Shown here: piece after piece, positions 1-9,938 of the stretch | How the letters are laid out: each line of letters opens with the position of its first letter | Position numbering within the stretch: position 1 is the first letter of the stretch | Assembly (NCBI GenBank): GCA_037142615.1 | Contig: JBAXAI010000001.1 | Coordinates: 256,001 to 320,000 of the forward strand | DNA: 64,000 nt | Direction of reading: 5' to 3' | Origin: Spirochaetales bacterium | Lineage (GTDB): Bacteria; Spirochaetota; Spirochaetia; JABEVK01 | Notes under the pieces: model-generated | Seen by the model: only the letters and a program-made list of their open reading frames with translations | Databases searched by the model: none | Told to the model about the DNA's origin: nothing | Program-made: the position numbers and the translations under genes

Positions 1-758
1 CCTTCCACGTACGGTTGAGCCCCTCTCCGGCAGGGATGCAGTTGCGCGAACTCTGGCTGGCGAACGGAAAGCTCACAATCGCGTCTGACGGGGTTCTTAT
101 CTTTGGGGGCGAAGGACGTGAACTCCAGGAACCACTTCGCAACGGACTCTGCGGGATTCAGGATGGATCAAGCCAGAAATGTTTGCTCGGAATGGACTTA
201 CGGCCAGGACTCCGTGTGTGGGACGTGTGCGCTGGGAACGGGGGAAAGACCCTCCTCGCGGCGGAAGCGCTCGAAAATCGGGGCGTATTGGTGGCCACCG
301 ACATTGCATCCGGAAAACTGAAGAATCTGAAGGAGCGGGTAAGGCGCTCAGGCTGGCAAAACATCCGCCTGCAACACTGGGATGGCGAAAACCTGCCGGA
401 CTTCGGCCGAGAAGTCGAGAAGCGAGCCGGTTTCGACCGGGTCATCGTGGATGCACCGTGCAGCGCAACGGGGACTTGGAGGCGCGATCCCGAGGCTCGC
501 TACCGTATCACGCGCTCTGGCCTGTCGGAACTTACGCGCCACCAGTCACGTTTGCTGAGCCTAGGTTGGTCAGCCCTCAAGCCCGGCGGGCAGTTGGTCT
601 ACATCACCTGCTCGTGGCTTCCGGAAGAGAACGAAGCCCAAGTGGAAGCCTTCCTTGAAAGAAATCCCGGCCGTCTGCTGAACCAATCGGAGTGGGGACT
701 TCCCCACGACGACGCAAACTCGATGTTTTCGGCAGTCCTGCAGAAACCGCTTCGCTAG
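1..758 (+). CDS. RsmB/NOP2-family RNA m5C methyltransferase (5'-truncated by window edge)
   Basis: Motifs VWDVCAGNGGKT, DAPCS and YITCS; frame is open to the window start. Confidence 0.85.
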   Translation, partial: FHVRLSPSPAGMQLRELWLANGKLTIASDGVLIFGGEGRELQEPLRNGLCGIQDGSSQKCLLGMDLRPGLRVWDVCAGNGGKTLLAAEALENRGVLVATDIASGKLKNLKERVRRSGWQNIRLQHWDGENLPDFGREVEKRAGFDRVIVDAPCSATGTWRRDPEARYRITRSGLSELTRHQSRLLSLGWSALKPGGQLVYITCSWLPEENEAQVEAFLERNPGRLLNQSEWGLPHDDANSMFSAVLQKPLR

Positions 759-804
759 ATCGACACTGCGACCTCGTGGTACAAACGAGCTCCGGAGGGG
801 AACC

Positions 805-2094
805 ATGAACCTGCCTCATCTGCTCCAGAGCGTCATCGACCAACTTGAACACGAACCAGCGGTCGAAGCCATCGTTCTGGCCAGCTCCGACTACGAACTC
901 AACATCTACCTCACGCAGGAACTTCCTGTGCAACGCAGGGCGGAGATTCTCGCACCCGTGACGACAATCCTTGAACTCAATAACCTCTGGAGTGAGACCA
1001 AAGACATCGGCGTGCTGAGCGATGGCACCGAAGTGGAGCTGGTCTACAGGAACCTGACGCGGTTTCGGACCCAGCTCCAAAGTTCTATGCTCAGGTTCGA
1101 AGCCACACTGGGGTACTCGACCCGCGCCTGGGCCAACGTCGTTGACTCGCGCGCGCTGTTTGATCGCGGTGGAGAGTTCAGGGCTTTTCAGAAGGAATTG
1201 GACGTTCCTTATGCACACGACCTGACCAAGGCTATCGTTTCCAAGAATTGGTCGATGCTTGGCGAATCCTCCCTCGGACTTCGCGCTCACGTGAAGCGGG
1301 CCCTTTTGGCGCGCGACTGGGTGAGTGTGCAGCACCGGTGCACGGCCTTTCTGGCCAGTGTGTTCGATGTGGTTTTCGCCGTCAATCAAGTACGAAACCC
1401 TGGCGAAAAGCGCCTCTTGGAACGCTCGCTGCGATTGGCCGAGCTTCCCAAGGACTTCGAACCGCTCGTCAACGCCGTGGCCGGCCCGAAAGGTAGCGAT
1501 CCGGCGTATCAACTTACCTCGCTCGAGGCACTCGCGACCTCGCTCGGCACTTGGCTCGAGGCCAAAGGTCTGCTTGGCTCAAACCCAACAACTCCTCGTC
1601 GGCAAACCGCACCGGCCTTAGAGATGGTCGCGCGCCGGGTCGGTACGCACTTGACTGTCTACACTGATGGTGGGTGCATCGGAAATCCCGGCAAAGGGGC
1701 CTGGGCGTTCCTGGTCGAAGACGGAACCACAACGCTTGAGGGCAGTTCCGGCGAACCGCTGACCACCAACAATAAGATGGAGCTGCAAGCCGTGATTGAA
1801 GCCTTGAAGGCCATCTCGGAGCGCGAGGATTGGAAAGGGCTGTCCGTGGTGATCCACACGGACAGCCAGTACGTCCGCAACGGCATCACCACCTGGATCA
1901 AGAGCTGGGAAGCCAACGGGTGGAAAACGGCTGCCAAGGAACCTGTCAAGAACAAGGAACTCTGGCTCTCGCTCCAGGCTTGGGACAGAGCTTTGGCGCC
2001 CCAATGGAAGTGGGTCAAAGGCCACGCGGGCAACCCGCGGAACGAGCGCTGCGACGCCCTGGTCCGGCAGACGATGGACAAAATCCAGCCGTGA
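805..2094 (+). CDS. rnhA: Fusion: N-terminal nucleotidyltransferase/DUF4037-like domain plus C-terminal ribonuclease HI
   Basis: C-terminal YTDGGC.GNPG, TTNNKMEL, TDSQY, WVKGHAG and NERCD motifs. The N-terminal ~255 aa carry DUF4037-like motifs (VSVQHR..FLAS.FD, PGEKRL). SD GGAGG upstream. Confidence 0.85.
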   Translation: MNLPHLLQSVIDQLEHEPAVEAIVLASSDYELNIYLTQELPVQRRAEILAPVTTILELNNLWSETKDIGVLSDGTEVELVYRNLTRFRTQLQSSMLRFEATLGYSTRAWANVVDSRALFDRGGEFRAFQKELDVPYAHDLTKAIVSKNWSMLGESSLGLRAHVKRALLARDWVSVQHRCTAFLASVFDVVFAVNQVRNPGEKRLLERSLRLAELPKDFEPLVNAVAGPKGSDPAYQLTSLEALATSLGTWLEAKGLLGSNPTTPRRQTAPALEMVARRVGTHLTVYTDGGCIGNPGKGAWAFLVEDGTTTLEGSSGEPLTTNNKMELQAVIEALKAISEREDWKGLSVVIHTDSQYVRNGITTWIKSWEANGWKTAAKEPVKNKELWLSLQAWDRALAPQWKWVKGHAGNPRNERCDALVRQTMDKIQP

Positions 2095-2141
2095 CTTGAA
2101 GCAAACAGCCCATGTTTCCCGTTAGGAAGACGGAGGCCAAC

Positions 2142-3641
2142 ATGGAAGTTTTCGGCTACGCGCCTTGGGGATACGAGGGGCATCTGGTACGGGTGGAAAT
2201 TGATTTGCATAGGGGCATCCCTGGGCTTGAAATTGTGGGTCTGCCTGGCAGCGCGGTCAAAGAGGCCCGCGACCGAATCCGAATCGCTCTGCATCGCGCC
2301 GGCTTCGTCTATCCCCAGGATCGAATCCTGATCAACCTGAGCCCCGCGGATCTTCCCAAAACCGGATCGGGGTATGACTTGCCCTTGGCCTTGGCGCTTC
2401 TGGCGGCCTCGGGGCAGTGGACGGCGGGTGAGGTTTCGCTCCTGGCCCACGGAGAACTTTCCCTCGACGGGAGCTTAAGGAGGGTTCCAGGAACCTTGGC
2501 AGCTGCGGCCAGGGCACACGAGCTCGGGCTGCGCCACATCGCCGTGCCGGAGGCTGCCGTTGCCGAGGCCCGCGGGGTGCCAGGCCTGGAGCTGCACGCG
2601 GCCGCAACATTGACCGAGTTGCTTGCCTTTTGGGAGCAAAGCAGCACGACGGGCACGACGGAGACACACCACGAGCTTGCGCCAACCGAACCGTTCCTGT
2701 TGCGGGGACAACCTGAAGTTGTCAAAGCTCTTCAGGTTGGCGCAGCCGGTGGGCACTCGATGCTGCTCTACGGTCCTCCAGGGAGCGGCAAGACGTTAGC
2801 CGCACGAACCTTCGAGAGCCTCTTGCCACCCTTTGACGGTGACCTCTCGCTGGAGACTTCCCGTCTTTGGTCGTTGGCGGGAAAATCCCCCGATCCCCAG
2901 GGGTTGCTGGTATCCCGACCCTTCCGGGAGCCGCATCACAGTGCTTCCACGGAGGGCATTCTAGGGGGCGGGCCGCTGCTGTCGCCGGGTGAGATTTCCC
3001 TGGCCCACCATGGCACGCTCTTCCTGGACGAAGCCCCGGAGTTCTCACCCCGCCTGTTGCAGGCCCTGCGTGAGCCGCTGGAGTCCGGACGGATACAGGT
3101 GGTCCGCGCCGGTCGTTCTGCCTGGTATCCAGCCCGCTTTCTCCTGTTGATGACGGCCAATGGATGCCCTTGCGGGCAAACGGGTAGTCACAAGGGAACC
3201 TGCTTCTGTTCCGCACAGCAAGTTCGCCGCTATTGGGACCGTATCGGCAACGCGCTGATGGACCGCGTGGATCTGCGTGTCTTCATGACCCCAGCCGACC
3301 CTCAGGAAGTTCTCCAGGCACCAGCCTTGTCGTGGGAGGAGGTCCGCGATCCGGTGCTGGTGGCTCGCCAGCGCCAACGCGAGCGCGGGCAGGGGCCCTC
3401 GAGACCTAACAGCCTGCTTGGACTCGAGGAGCTCCGCGACCTTTCGGCGCTCAAGGCTGATAGTCACGATCTGCTGGCTCGTTGGGGCCACCGGGAGGAC
3501 TGGTCTACACGGGCTCTGGGATCTGTTCTTCGCGTGGCTCTCACCCTGGCTGACCTGGAGGCGAGTCCAGTGCTGCTGCGGCACCTTGAGGCGGCCTGTA
3601 ACCTTCGCAAACCTTCCGGAGGCGAACCCTGGAGGGACTGA
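2142..3641 (+). CDS. comM: YifB/ComM family Mg-chelatase-like AAA+ ATPase
   Basis: IVGLP..AVKE, INLSPADLPK.G..YDL, Walker A GPPGSGKT, PHH, GEISLAHHGTLFLDE, CPCG. ATG 2142 follows GGAGG. Confidence 0.9.
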   Translation: MEVFGYAPWGYEGHLVRVEIDLHRGIPGLEIVGLPGSAVKEARDRIRIALHRAGFVYPQDRILINLSPADLPKTGSGYDLPLALALLAASGQWTAGEVSLLAHGELSLDGSLRRVPGTLAAAARAHELGLRHIAVPEAAVAEARGVPGLELHAAATLTELLAFWEQSSTTGTTETHHELAPTEPFLLRGQPEVVKALQVGAAGGHSMLLYGPPGSGKTLAARTFESLLPPFDGDLSLETSRLWSLAGKSPDPQGLLVSRPFREPHHSASTEGILGGGPLLSPGEISLAHHGTLFLDEAPEFSPRLLQALREPLESGRIQVVRAGRSAWYPARFLLLMTANGCPCGQTGSHKGTCFCSAQQVRRYWDRIGNALMDRVDLRVFMTPADPQEVLQAPALSWEEVRDPVLVARQRQRERGQGPSRPNSLLGLEELRDLSALKADSHDLLARWGHREDWSTRALGSVLRVALTLADLEASPVLLRHLEAACNLRKPSGGEPWRD

Positions 3642-3662
3642 GTGGTCGAGCTCGTACTGGCT

Positions 3663-3671
3663 TGCTATATT
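3663..3671 (+). promoter_or_regulatory. Extended -10 promoter (TGcTATATT) 6 nt before the htrA ATG; probable leaderless start
   Basis: TGCTATATT-aggcag-ATG; no SD. Confidence 0.55.
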
Positions 3672-3677
3672 AGGCAG

Positions 3678-4895
3678 ATGAAACTCTACAGCCGATCCAC
3701 GCTGGTCTGGGCCTTGATTTCGGGTCTCCTTTTCTCGGCCGTTCTCGCTCTTGGGGGTTTTGTTTGGTATCTCAAGGCCGAAGAAGGGCATTCGGTCACC
3801 CAGACCGCGCAAAACTTGAAGTCGCCAGCCCTTCCCGCGGTTCAAACCGGGGTGAATGCCATTTCACTTCAAGACGATTTTTCTGCCGAGGAAAAACAGA
3901 ACATCAGCATTTACGAATCGCTCAACGCCGGCGTTGTCAACATCACCACCGAGGTGTTGGGGTACAACTGGTTTCTCGATGCGGTTCCCCAGTCAGGAGG
4001 AACCGGTTCCGGTTCGATCATCGACAAGAAGGGCTATGTTCTGACCAACCAGCATGTTGTGAACAACGCGGTGAAGGTCACAATCACGCTCGCGGACGGA
4101 ACCCAGTTTGACGGCGAGACTATCGGCAAGGACCCCGAGAACGACCTTGCCGTGGTCAAGTTTGACCCCAAAGGCCGTGAGCTGACGACCATTCCGATGG
4201 GCACCAGCACCAACTTGCGCGTGGGTCAGAAAGTTCTCGCGATCGGCAATCCCTTTGCACTGGACCGGACCCTGACCACAGGAATCGTCAGCGCGCTCGG
4301 AAGGCCGCTGAAGAACGACAATGGCGTCGTCCTGCACGAGCTCATACAGACCGATGCTTCCATCAATCCCGGCAATTCGGGTGGTCCACTTCTGAACACC
4401 AGGGGCCAGATCATCGGTATCAATACCATGATTTACTCTCCCACAGGCGGTTCAGTTGGAATCGGCTTTGCCGTGCCCGTTGACACTGCGCGGCGTGTTG
4501 TTCCGGAGCTCATTCAGTATGGAATGGTGAAACGAGGATGGATCGACGTGACGCCCGTCCAGCTATTCCCCCAGTTGGTACGCTATGCTCGGCTTCCCAT
4601 CGACAAAGGCATCCTTGTATCTAAGCTCGCCGCGGGAGGGTTGGCCGAAAAGTCGGGCCTCAAGGGGGGCGACCCAAGTCAGGGCGTGAGGTATGGAAAC
4701 TCAGTCCTCTACCTTGGTGGTGATATCATCACCTCGATCAACGGCACCGAGATTGCGGTCTTGGCCGACCTTTACACCGCGCTTGAATCGACCCGGGCAG
4801 GAGACAAGGTGAAGGTGACCGTCAACCGTGCAGGCCGCAAGGTTGACCTTTCGGTTACCCTTGCCGAGCGCACCGCCCAGGACCAGCTCGAGTGA
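3678..4895 (+). CDS. htrA: HtrA/DegP-like membrane-anchored trypsin serine protease with PDZ domain
   Basis: N-terminal TM; LTNQHV (His), NDLAV (Asp), INPGNSGGPL (Ser); C-terminal PDZ. Confidence 0.9.
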   Translation: MKLYSRSTLVWALISGLLFSAVLALGGFVWYLKAEEGHSVTQTAQNLKSPALPAVQTGVNAISLQDDFSAEEKQNISIYESLNAGVVNITTEVLGYNWFLDAVPQSGGTGSGSIIDKKGYVLTNQHVVNNAVKVTITLADGTQFDGETIGKDPENDLAVVKFDPKGRELTTIPMGTSTNLRVGQKVLAIGNPFALDRTLTTGIVSALGRPLKNDNGVVLHELIQTDASINPGNSGGPLLNTRGQIIGINTMIYSPTGGSVGIGFAVPVDTARRVVPELIQYGMVKRGWIDVTPVQLFPQLVRYARLPIDKGILVSKLAAGGLAEKSGLKGGDPSQGVRYGNSVLYLGGDIITSINGTEIAVLADLYTALESTRAGDKVKVTVNRAGRKVDLSVTLAERTAQDQLE

Positions 4896-6868
4896 GGTTC
4901 ACCGTCCAGGCTCCTTTTGAGCCTGCTGGGGACCAGGCCCAGGCCATCGCCAAGCTTTCCCAGGGCCTGCGAAACGGCCACAAGTTCCAGACCCTCAAAG
5001 GCGTCACGGGGTCGGGCAAGACGTACACCATGGCAAAGGTCATCGAGGAGCTTCAGACCCCGACACTGATCATGAGTCACAACAAGACACTAGCGGCCCA
5101 GCTCTACCGGGAGTTCAAGGACTTCTTCCCCGACAACGCCGTCGAGTATTTCGTGTCGTACTACGACTACTACCAGCCCGAAGCGTACGTCCCATCCAAG
5201 GACCTCTACATCGAAAAGGACTCTTCCATCAATGAAGAGATCGACCGTTTGCGCCTTTCGGCAACGACGTCGCTCGCCTCGCGCCGTGATGTCATCGTCG
5301 TAGCCACCGTCTCGGCCATCTACGGTTTGGGAAGCCCGGTCTCGTACCTGGAAATGGCGCAGGAAATCCGCAAAGGCCAGCGGCTCTCGATCGACGAACT
5401 CAAACGCACGCTTATCACCCTTCAATACGAGCGAAACGACGCCGTGCTCGAGCGGGGCAGTTTTCGGGTCCGAGGCGAGGTGCTCGAGATCTGGCCGGCC
5501 TACATGGAAGAAGGCTTCCGCATAGAGACCGAATGGGGTGACGTGAGCCGTTTGCGGCGGTTTGACTGTCTTACCGGCAACACCCGCGAGGAACTGGAAA
5601 TCCTTTCGATCTTTCCAGCCAAGCATTTTGTCCTCCCTGAGAGCCAGGTCAAGAGCGCCGTGGAGCGAATACGCGAGGAACTTGACGCCCAGCACGCGAA
5701 CTTCCTGGCCACGGGAAAGCCTCTTGAGGCCGAACGGATCAAGCAGCGCACCGAGTACGACCTCGAAATGATGTCGGAAATGGGCTATTGCTCGGGAATC
5801 GAAAACTATTCCCGTCAATTGACAGGCCGCAGAGAGGGCGAAAGACCGGCGGTTCTGCTCGACTACTTTCCCAAGCAGTTCCTGACGTTCGTCGATGAGT
5901 CCCACGTTTCTCTGTCACAGATTCGGGCCATGTATCTGGGCGACCGGAGCCGCAAACAGACGCTGGTTGACTTCGGATTTCGGCTGCCGTCGGCCCTCGA
6001 CAACCGCCCCTTGTTCTACGAGGAGTTTGAAGGGTTGCTCGACCGAACCATCTACGTGTCGGCCACGCCAGGCAAGGAAGAGGCCTCCAAAGCCGTTCAG
6101 GTTGTCGAGCAGATCATCCGACCAACGGGGCTTTTGGATCCCGTCATAGAAGTTCGCCCCACCGAAGGGCAGATTGAGAACCTTTATGGGGAAATCCGGC
6201 GACGGATCGCGAGCAATCAGCGCGTCATGGTGACCACCCTCACCAAGAAGATGTCGGAAGAGCTTTCGGCCTATTTCGCCCAAATGGGCCTGAAAGTTCG
6301 CTACCTGCATTCCGAAATTGAAACCTTCGAGCGCGTAGACATACTTCGCGACCTGCGGGCGGGAACCATCGATGTACTCGTCGGTATCAACCTGCTTCGG
6401 GAAGGCTTGGACACACCCGAGGTTTCGCTCGTGGCGATTCTCGACGCCGACAAGATCGGTTTTCTCCGTTCTGCCACTTCGTTGATCCAGACGATCGGAC
6501 GAGCGGCACGCAATTCTGACGGACTGGTACTGATGTACGCTGACCGCATCAGTCCGGCCATGGCCACGGCGATCGAGGAAACCCAAAATCGGCGTGACCG
6601 GCAAATGGCGTATAACACGCAACACGGCATCACGCCTGCAACCATCGTCAAGGCAGTCCAAGATATTCTCCACCGCGAAGCACCGACTCCGGCCGATCAG
6701 CACCGTCAAACTGTGGAACAAATGAAGCAGAAGTTCAACGTGCTGGTCCCGGCGCAGAAGAAAGCCTTGATCAGCGCGCTCGAAAAAGAGATGCTGGAGC
6801 TCGCCAAGAACCTCGAGTTCGAAAGCGCGGCGTTGATCCGCGACGAGATCCAGAAACTGAAGAAATGA
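4892..6868 (+). CDS. uvrB: Excinuclease ABC subunit B
   Basis: GVTGSGKT, FVSYYDYYQPEAY, DESH, GFRLPSA.DNRPL, QTIGRAARN, C-terminal UVR domain. Confidence 0.98.
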   Translation: MRFTVQAPFEPAGDQAQAIAKLSQGLRNGHKFQTLKGVTGSGKTYTMAKVIEELQTPTLIMSHNKTLAAQLYREFKDFFPDNAVEYFVSYYDYYQPEAYVPSKDLYIEKDSSINEEIDRLRLSATTSLASRRDVIVVATVSAIYGLGSPVSYLEMAQEIRKGQRLSIDELKRTLITLQYERNDAVLERGSFRVRGEVLEIWPAYMEEGFRIETEWGDVSRLRRFDCLTGNTREELEILSIFPAKHFVLPESQVKSAVERIREELDAQHANFLATGKPLEAERIKQRTEYDLEMMSEMGYCSGIENYSRQLTGRREGERPAVLLDYFPKQFLTFVDESHVSLSQIRAMYLGDRSRKQTLVDFGFRLPSALDNRPLFYEEFEGLLDRTIYVSATPGKEEASKAVQVVEQIIRPTGLLDPVIEVRPTEGQIENLYGEIRRRIASNQRVMVTTLTKKMSEELSAYFAQMGLKVRYLHSEIETFERVDILRDLRAGTIDVLVGINLLREGLDTPEVSLVAILDADKIGFLRSATSLIQTIGRAARNSDGLVLMYADRISPAMATAIEETQNRRDRQMAYNTQHGITPATIVKAVQDILHREAPTPADQHRQTVEQMKQKFNVLVPAQKKALISALEKEMLELAKNLEFESAALIRDEIQKLKK

Positions 6869-6875
6869 GGCCTGA

Positions 6876-7262
6876 ATGGTGCGCTGTTCCCTTCTCCTGA
6901 TTGTCTTGGCGGGCCTCTTGGGTTCGTGCAACCGCGTCGACAAGTACGAAGGGCTCACACTGCCTGCTACGCCCGTTCTCACGATTCAGACCTATTATGG
7001 CGTTGTAGACTTTGTGCTGGTGAGGGTACGTGAGAGTCCGGTTCAGGACGGCAATCTGGTCACTATGCTGCGTGCCGGGACAATCGTTGAAATTGTCACG
7101 TCCTCGAGCAGCGAAGAAACGATCGAGGGAAAAAACGACCGGTGGTATCAGATTCAGTTTCAAGGGAGGCGAGGGTGGGTTTTCGGCTCGTACCTCAAGA
7201 TCTTCGACAGCCTTGACAAGGCCCGCAACGCGGCAAAAGCCGCCCCCAAAGAAAAGCCCTAG
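6876..7262 (+). CDS. SH3-domain lipoprotein
   Basis: Lipobox LLGSC; SH3b-like VRVRESP...WYQI...GWVFGSYL. Confidence 0.75.
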   Translation: MVRCSLLLIVLAGLLGSCNRVDKYEGLTLPATPVLTIQTYYGVVDFVLVRVRESPVQDGNLVTMLRAGTIVEIVTSSSSEETIEGKNDRWYQIQFQGRRGWVFGSYLKIFDSLDKARNAAKAAPKEKP

Positions 7263-7837
7263 GTACGCACCAGCGAAACGAAGTACCGGTGCACAGCCGA
7301 AGACTCTGTCAACTCGGGATGGAAACTGGCCGCCAGAACATTCGCAGACCGCACCAAAACCGGTGAACCCTCATACTCGGCCAAGACTGTGACACCCTGC
7401 CCAAGGCGGACAATACGCGGGGCCCGGATGAAGATCGCGGGAATCGATTGTGGGTTTGGCCCACCAAGGTTTGCCGACAACTGGGTCTCGAAACTCTCGG
7501 TTTGACGGCCGTACGCGTTGCGTTCGACGCTGATGTCGAGCGCGCCCAGCAACGGCTGCTCGCGGCCAACGACTTCCACCGCGAGCAGAATCATTCCTGC
7601 GCAGGTCCCGAAAACCGGCAAGCCCTCGGCCATCCGCTTCAGCAAGGGGCTAGTCAGGCCCTGCAGGTTCAGCAGTTTGCCGATCGTTGTGCTTTCCCCA
7701 CCAGGGATCACCAAAGCGTCCACGGCCGCCAGATCGGCGACCGTGCGCACCAAAATCGTCGTGACACCTGACAAACCCGCGAGAGCTCGAAGGTGCGGAT
7801 CGTACCCACCCTGGAGGGCCAGAACTCCAACCGTCAC
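7259..7837 (-). CDS. pdxT: PLP synthase glutaminase subunit
   Basis: GVLALQG, PGGEST, GTCAG, RNAYGRQ, FIRAP, FHPE. Confidence 0.96.
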   Translation of the reverse strand: MTVGVLALQGGYDPHLRALAGLSGVTTILVRTVADLAAVDALVIPGGESTTIGKLLNLQGLTSPLLKRMAEGLPVFGTCAGMILLAVEVVGREQPLLGALDISVERNAYGRQTESFETQLSANLGGPNPQSIPAIFIRAPRIVRLGQGVTVLAEYEGSPVLVRSANVLAASFHPELTESSAVHRYFVSLVRT

Positions 7838-7838
7838 G

Positions 7839-8744
7839 CTACCAACCGCGAAGTGACAGCTTTTGGTTATCGCTCAGCTGGCGCACGTCCAGCCCGGGAA
7901 TGGCTTGTCCGAGACCGGTCGAGATGACCGCCAACTTTGCCGGATCCCGGAAGTTGGCCACAGCCTCGACAATGGCATGGGCCATCCGTTTTGGATCGGC
8001 TGACTTGAAAATTCCAGAGCCAACAAACACCGTTTCGGCTCCCAGTTGCATCATCAGTGCCGCGTCCGCTGGGGTTGCGACTCCGCCTGCCGAGAAGTTG
8101 GGAACCGGAAGTTTGCCGGTTGCCGCGACTTCCAAGACCAGCTCAAACGGAGCTCCCAGGTTTTTCGCGAAGGTCATCAATTCTTCTTTCGGGGTGAGGG
8201 TCAGTTGGCGGATCTGGTCCATCAGGGTTCGCATGTGGCGCACCGCTTCGATGACGTTTCCCGTTCCGGCTTCACCTTTGGTACGGATGAGGGCGGCACC
8301 TTCCCCGATGCGGCGCAGAGCCTCGCCCAGGTCCCGGCAACCACAGACAAAGGGAACCTTGAAATCACTTTTGTAGATATGGAACTGGTCGTCTGCGGGG
8401 GTGAGAACCTCGCTCTCATCGATGAAGTCCACGTTGAGCGCTTCGAGAATCTGAGCTTCCACAAGGTGCCCGATGCGGCACTTGGCCATCACGGGGATCG
8501 ATACCGAAGCCTGGATTTCCTGGATCATTTTGGGGTCTGACATGCGGGCAACGCCGCCTTGCACCCGAATGTCGGAGGGAACCCGTTCCAAGGCCATCAC
8601 GGCGATGGCACCAGCTTCTTCAGCGATCTTGGCTTCGGCAGCCGTGGTCACATCCATGATGACCCCGCCTTTGAGCATTTCCGCCAACCCGATCTTCGTT
8701 TTCCAAGTCGCCTTTTGGCGCTGGGACCACAATGTCTCGCTCAT
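7839..8744 (-). CDS. pdxS: PLP synthase lyase subunit
   Basis: [45 protein letters not shown]. Confidence 0.98.
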   Translation of the reverse strand: MSETLWSQRQKATWKTKIGLAEMLKGGVIMDVTTAAEAKIAEEAGAIAVMALERVPSDIRVQGGVARMSDPKMIQEIQASVSIPVMAKCRIGHLVEAQILEALNVDFIDESEVLTPADDQFHIYKSDFKVPFVCGCRDLGEALRRIGEGAALIRTKGEAGTGNVIEAVRHMRTLMDQIRQLTLTPKEELMTFAKNLGAPFELVLEVAATGKLPVPNFSAGGVATPADAALMMQLGAETVFVGSGIFKSADPKRMAHAIVEAVANFRDPAKLAVISTGLGQAIPGLDVRQLSDNQKLSLRGW

Positions 8745-8768
8745 CGATCCGACCTCACTTTCCCTTGC

Positions 8769-8797
8769 AATTTATGCTTCTCAAGTGAAAGAGTCAA
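8769..8797 (-). promoter_or_regulatory. sigma70-type promoter of pdxST
   Basis: Minus strand TTGACT-17 nt-TAAATT. Confidence 0.6.
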
Positions 8798-8810
8798 TGC
8801 GCCCAGATGT

Positions 8811-8839
8811 CTGACACAGTCCGTTTCCGGGTGTATAAT
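8811..8839 (+). promoter_or_regulatory. sigma70-type promoter 7 nt before ATG 8847; probable leaderless start
   Basis: CTGACA-17 nt-TATAAT-gtcccca-ATG. Confidence 0.6.
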
Positions 8840-8846
8840 GTCCCCA

Positions 8847-9263
8847 ATGCGAGCAGTGCTGTTGGTTCTTTGTGTGACCGTTCCGCTGTCGGGAGAAGTC
8901 TTGGATTTTCCCGCGCTTTGGAGCCGGGACTACCCCGTAGCGAGCCCGAACGCCGTCGAAAACCCGCGCATCAGCGACGCCTGCGAGGCTCGCGCCCGGG
9001 CCTTGGCCACGTTGGGAGTACTTTCGCACGTCGATGCCGACGGTGCCCGCGTTGGGCAGCAGATGCTTGCGCGGGGTCTGGAACCCGGCGAGTGGGGCGA
9101 GATCCTCGGAGCGGGACCCGATTGGCCGTCCATTTTCCAAGGCTGGAAGGCCAGCGCGACACACCGCGAACTCCTGGAAGACACCCGTTGGGCTCAGGTC
9201 GGTTGGGGAAGTTCCAGGCGAGGAACTCAACTGGTTGTGGTGGTCAGGTTCTGGCGGCCTTGA
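8847..9263 (+). CDS. Secreted CAP (SCP-like) domain protein
   Basis: Signal peptide; LSH, GEIL, W..S..HR.LL, VGWG pattern of CAP domains. Confidence 0.65.
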   Translation: MRAVLLVLCVTVPLSGEVLDFPALWSRDYPVASPNAVENPRISDACEARARALATLGVLSHVDADGARVGQQMLARGLEPGEWGEILGAGPDWPSIFQGWKASATHRELLEDTRWAQVGWGSSRRGTQLVVVVRFWRP

Positions 9264-9587
9264 CTACGATTGCCGACGCTCGGGGATCGAGCTGACCTTC
9301 GCCGGATCCTTGCCCGCCGCCAGAAACAGCCCGCAGTAGCATTGTCCATAGTCAGCGATGTCCGCTGCCGAATAGCGGCAAGGGCAGATGATGTCAGCAT
9401 TTGCTTCTTCGGCACCCTCCAGGTCCCGGCACGGACAAAACGGCTTACCGGTTTCAAGCGATCGGCTCGAGAGGCCCTCCAGGATGGGCTGTGTCAGGTC
9501 TTTGTCGGTGTTGACCACCCACCCGCGCCTTTGGGCAACCTGCGAAACGTAGGCTTCGATCGAAGGCAGGTCGCCAAGCTTACTCAA
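9264..9587 (-). CDS. Ferredoxin:thioredoxin reductase catalytic-subunit-like protein
   Basis: CPC...CPC...CYCGLF motifs; probable TTG start at 9587 overlapping the upstream glutaredoxin stop. Confidence 0.85.
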   Translation of the reverse strand: MSKLGDLPSIEAYVSQVAQRRGWVVNTDKDLTQPILEGLSSRSLETGKPFCPCRDLEGAEEANADIICPCRYSAADIADYGQCYCGLFLAAGKDPAKVSSIPERRQS

Positions 9588-9927
9588 CGGGTTCCGCCTC
9601 GTCCGCCTCGTCCGCCTCGTCAGGATGAGGGAGTCCGAGGAACTCCTCCCAATAGCGCTGTATGTAGCCCAGGGTGTAGGCTTCACCGTCTTTGACGAGC
9701 GACGGGTAGGAAAGGTTGATCCCAAACTTCTGACGGAACTCATCCTTGCTCTTGAGTTTCAAGTCGGCCTCGACGAGGTCGAGATACACAAACTCGAAGG
9801 CAATTTCCTTCGTGCGGAGAAAATCCATTCCGCGTTTGCAAAAACCGCAGGTTGACAGCGCCAGCACTTGCAACCGACCCGAACTCTTGGGACCGGCAAC
9901 CTCGGTGAACGTCACTTGATCAAACAT
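9580..9927 (-). CDS. Glutaredoxin-like protein
   Basis: ALSTCGFCKR active site, cis-Pro motif SYP, acidic C-terminal tail. Confidence 0.85.
   Translation of the reverse strand: MFDQVTFTEVAGPKSSGRLQVLALSTCGFCKRGMDFLRTKEIAFEFVYLDLVEADLKLKSKDEFRQKFGINLSYPSLVKDGEAYTLGYIQRYWEEFLGLPHPDEADEADEAEPVE
9595..9621. repeat. 9-bp tandem repeat x3 (CGCCTCGTC) encoding (DEA)3 in the glutaredoxin tail
   Basis: Read directly from sequence. Confidence 0.85.
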
Positions 9928-9938
9928 TATCTTGCCCC

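Noticed and set aside
805-1600. NTase domain as part of a toxin-antitoxin (MNT-HEPN) or CBASS-type defence system
   Set aside because: The catalytic motif is degenerate, no effector or HEPN partner is adjacent, and the context is housekeeping.
9595-9621. 9-bp tandem repeat as a possible CRISPR or contingency locus
   Set aside because: Only three in-frame units with no spacers; it encodes an acidic tail.
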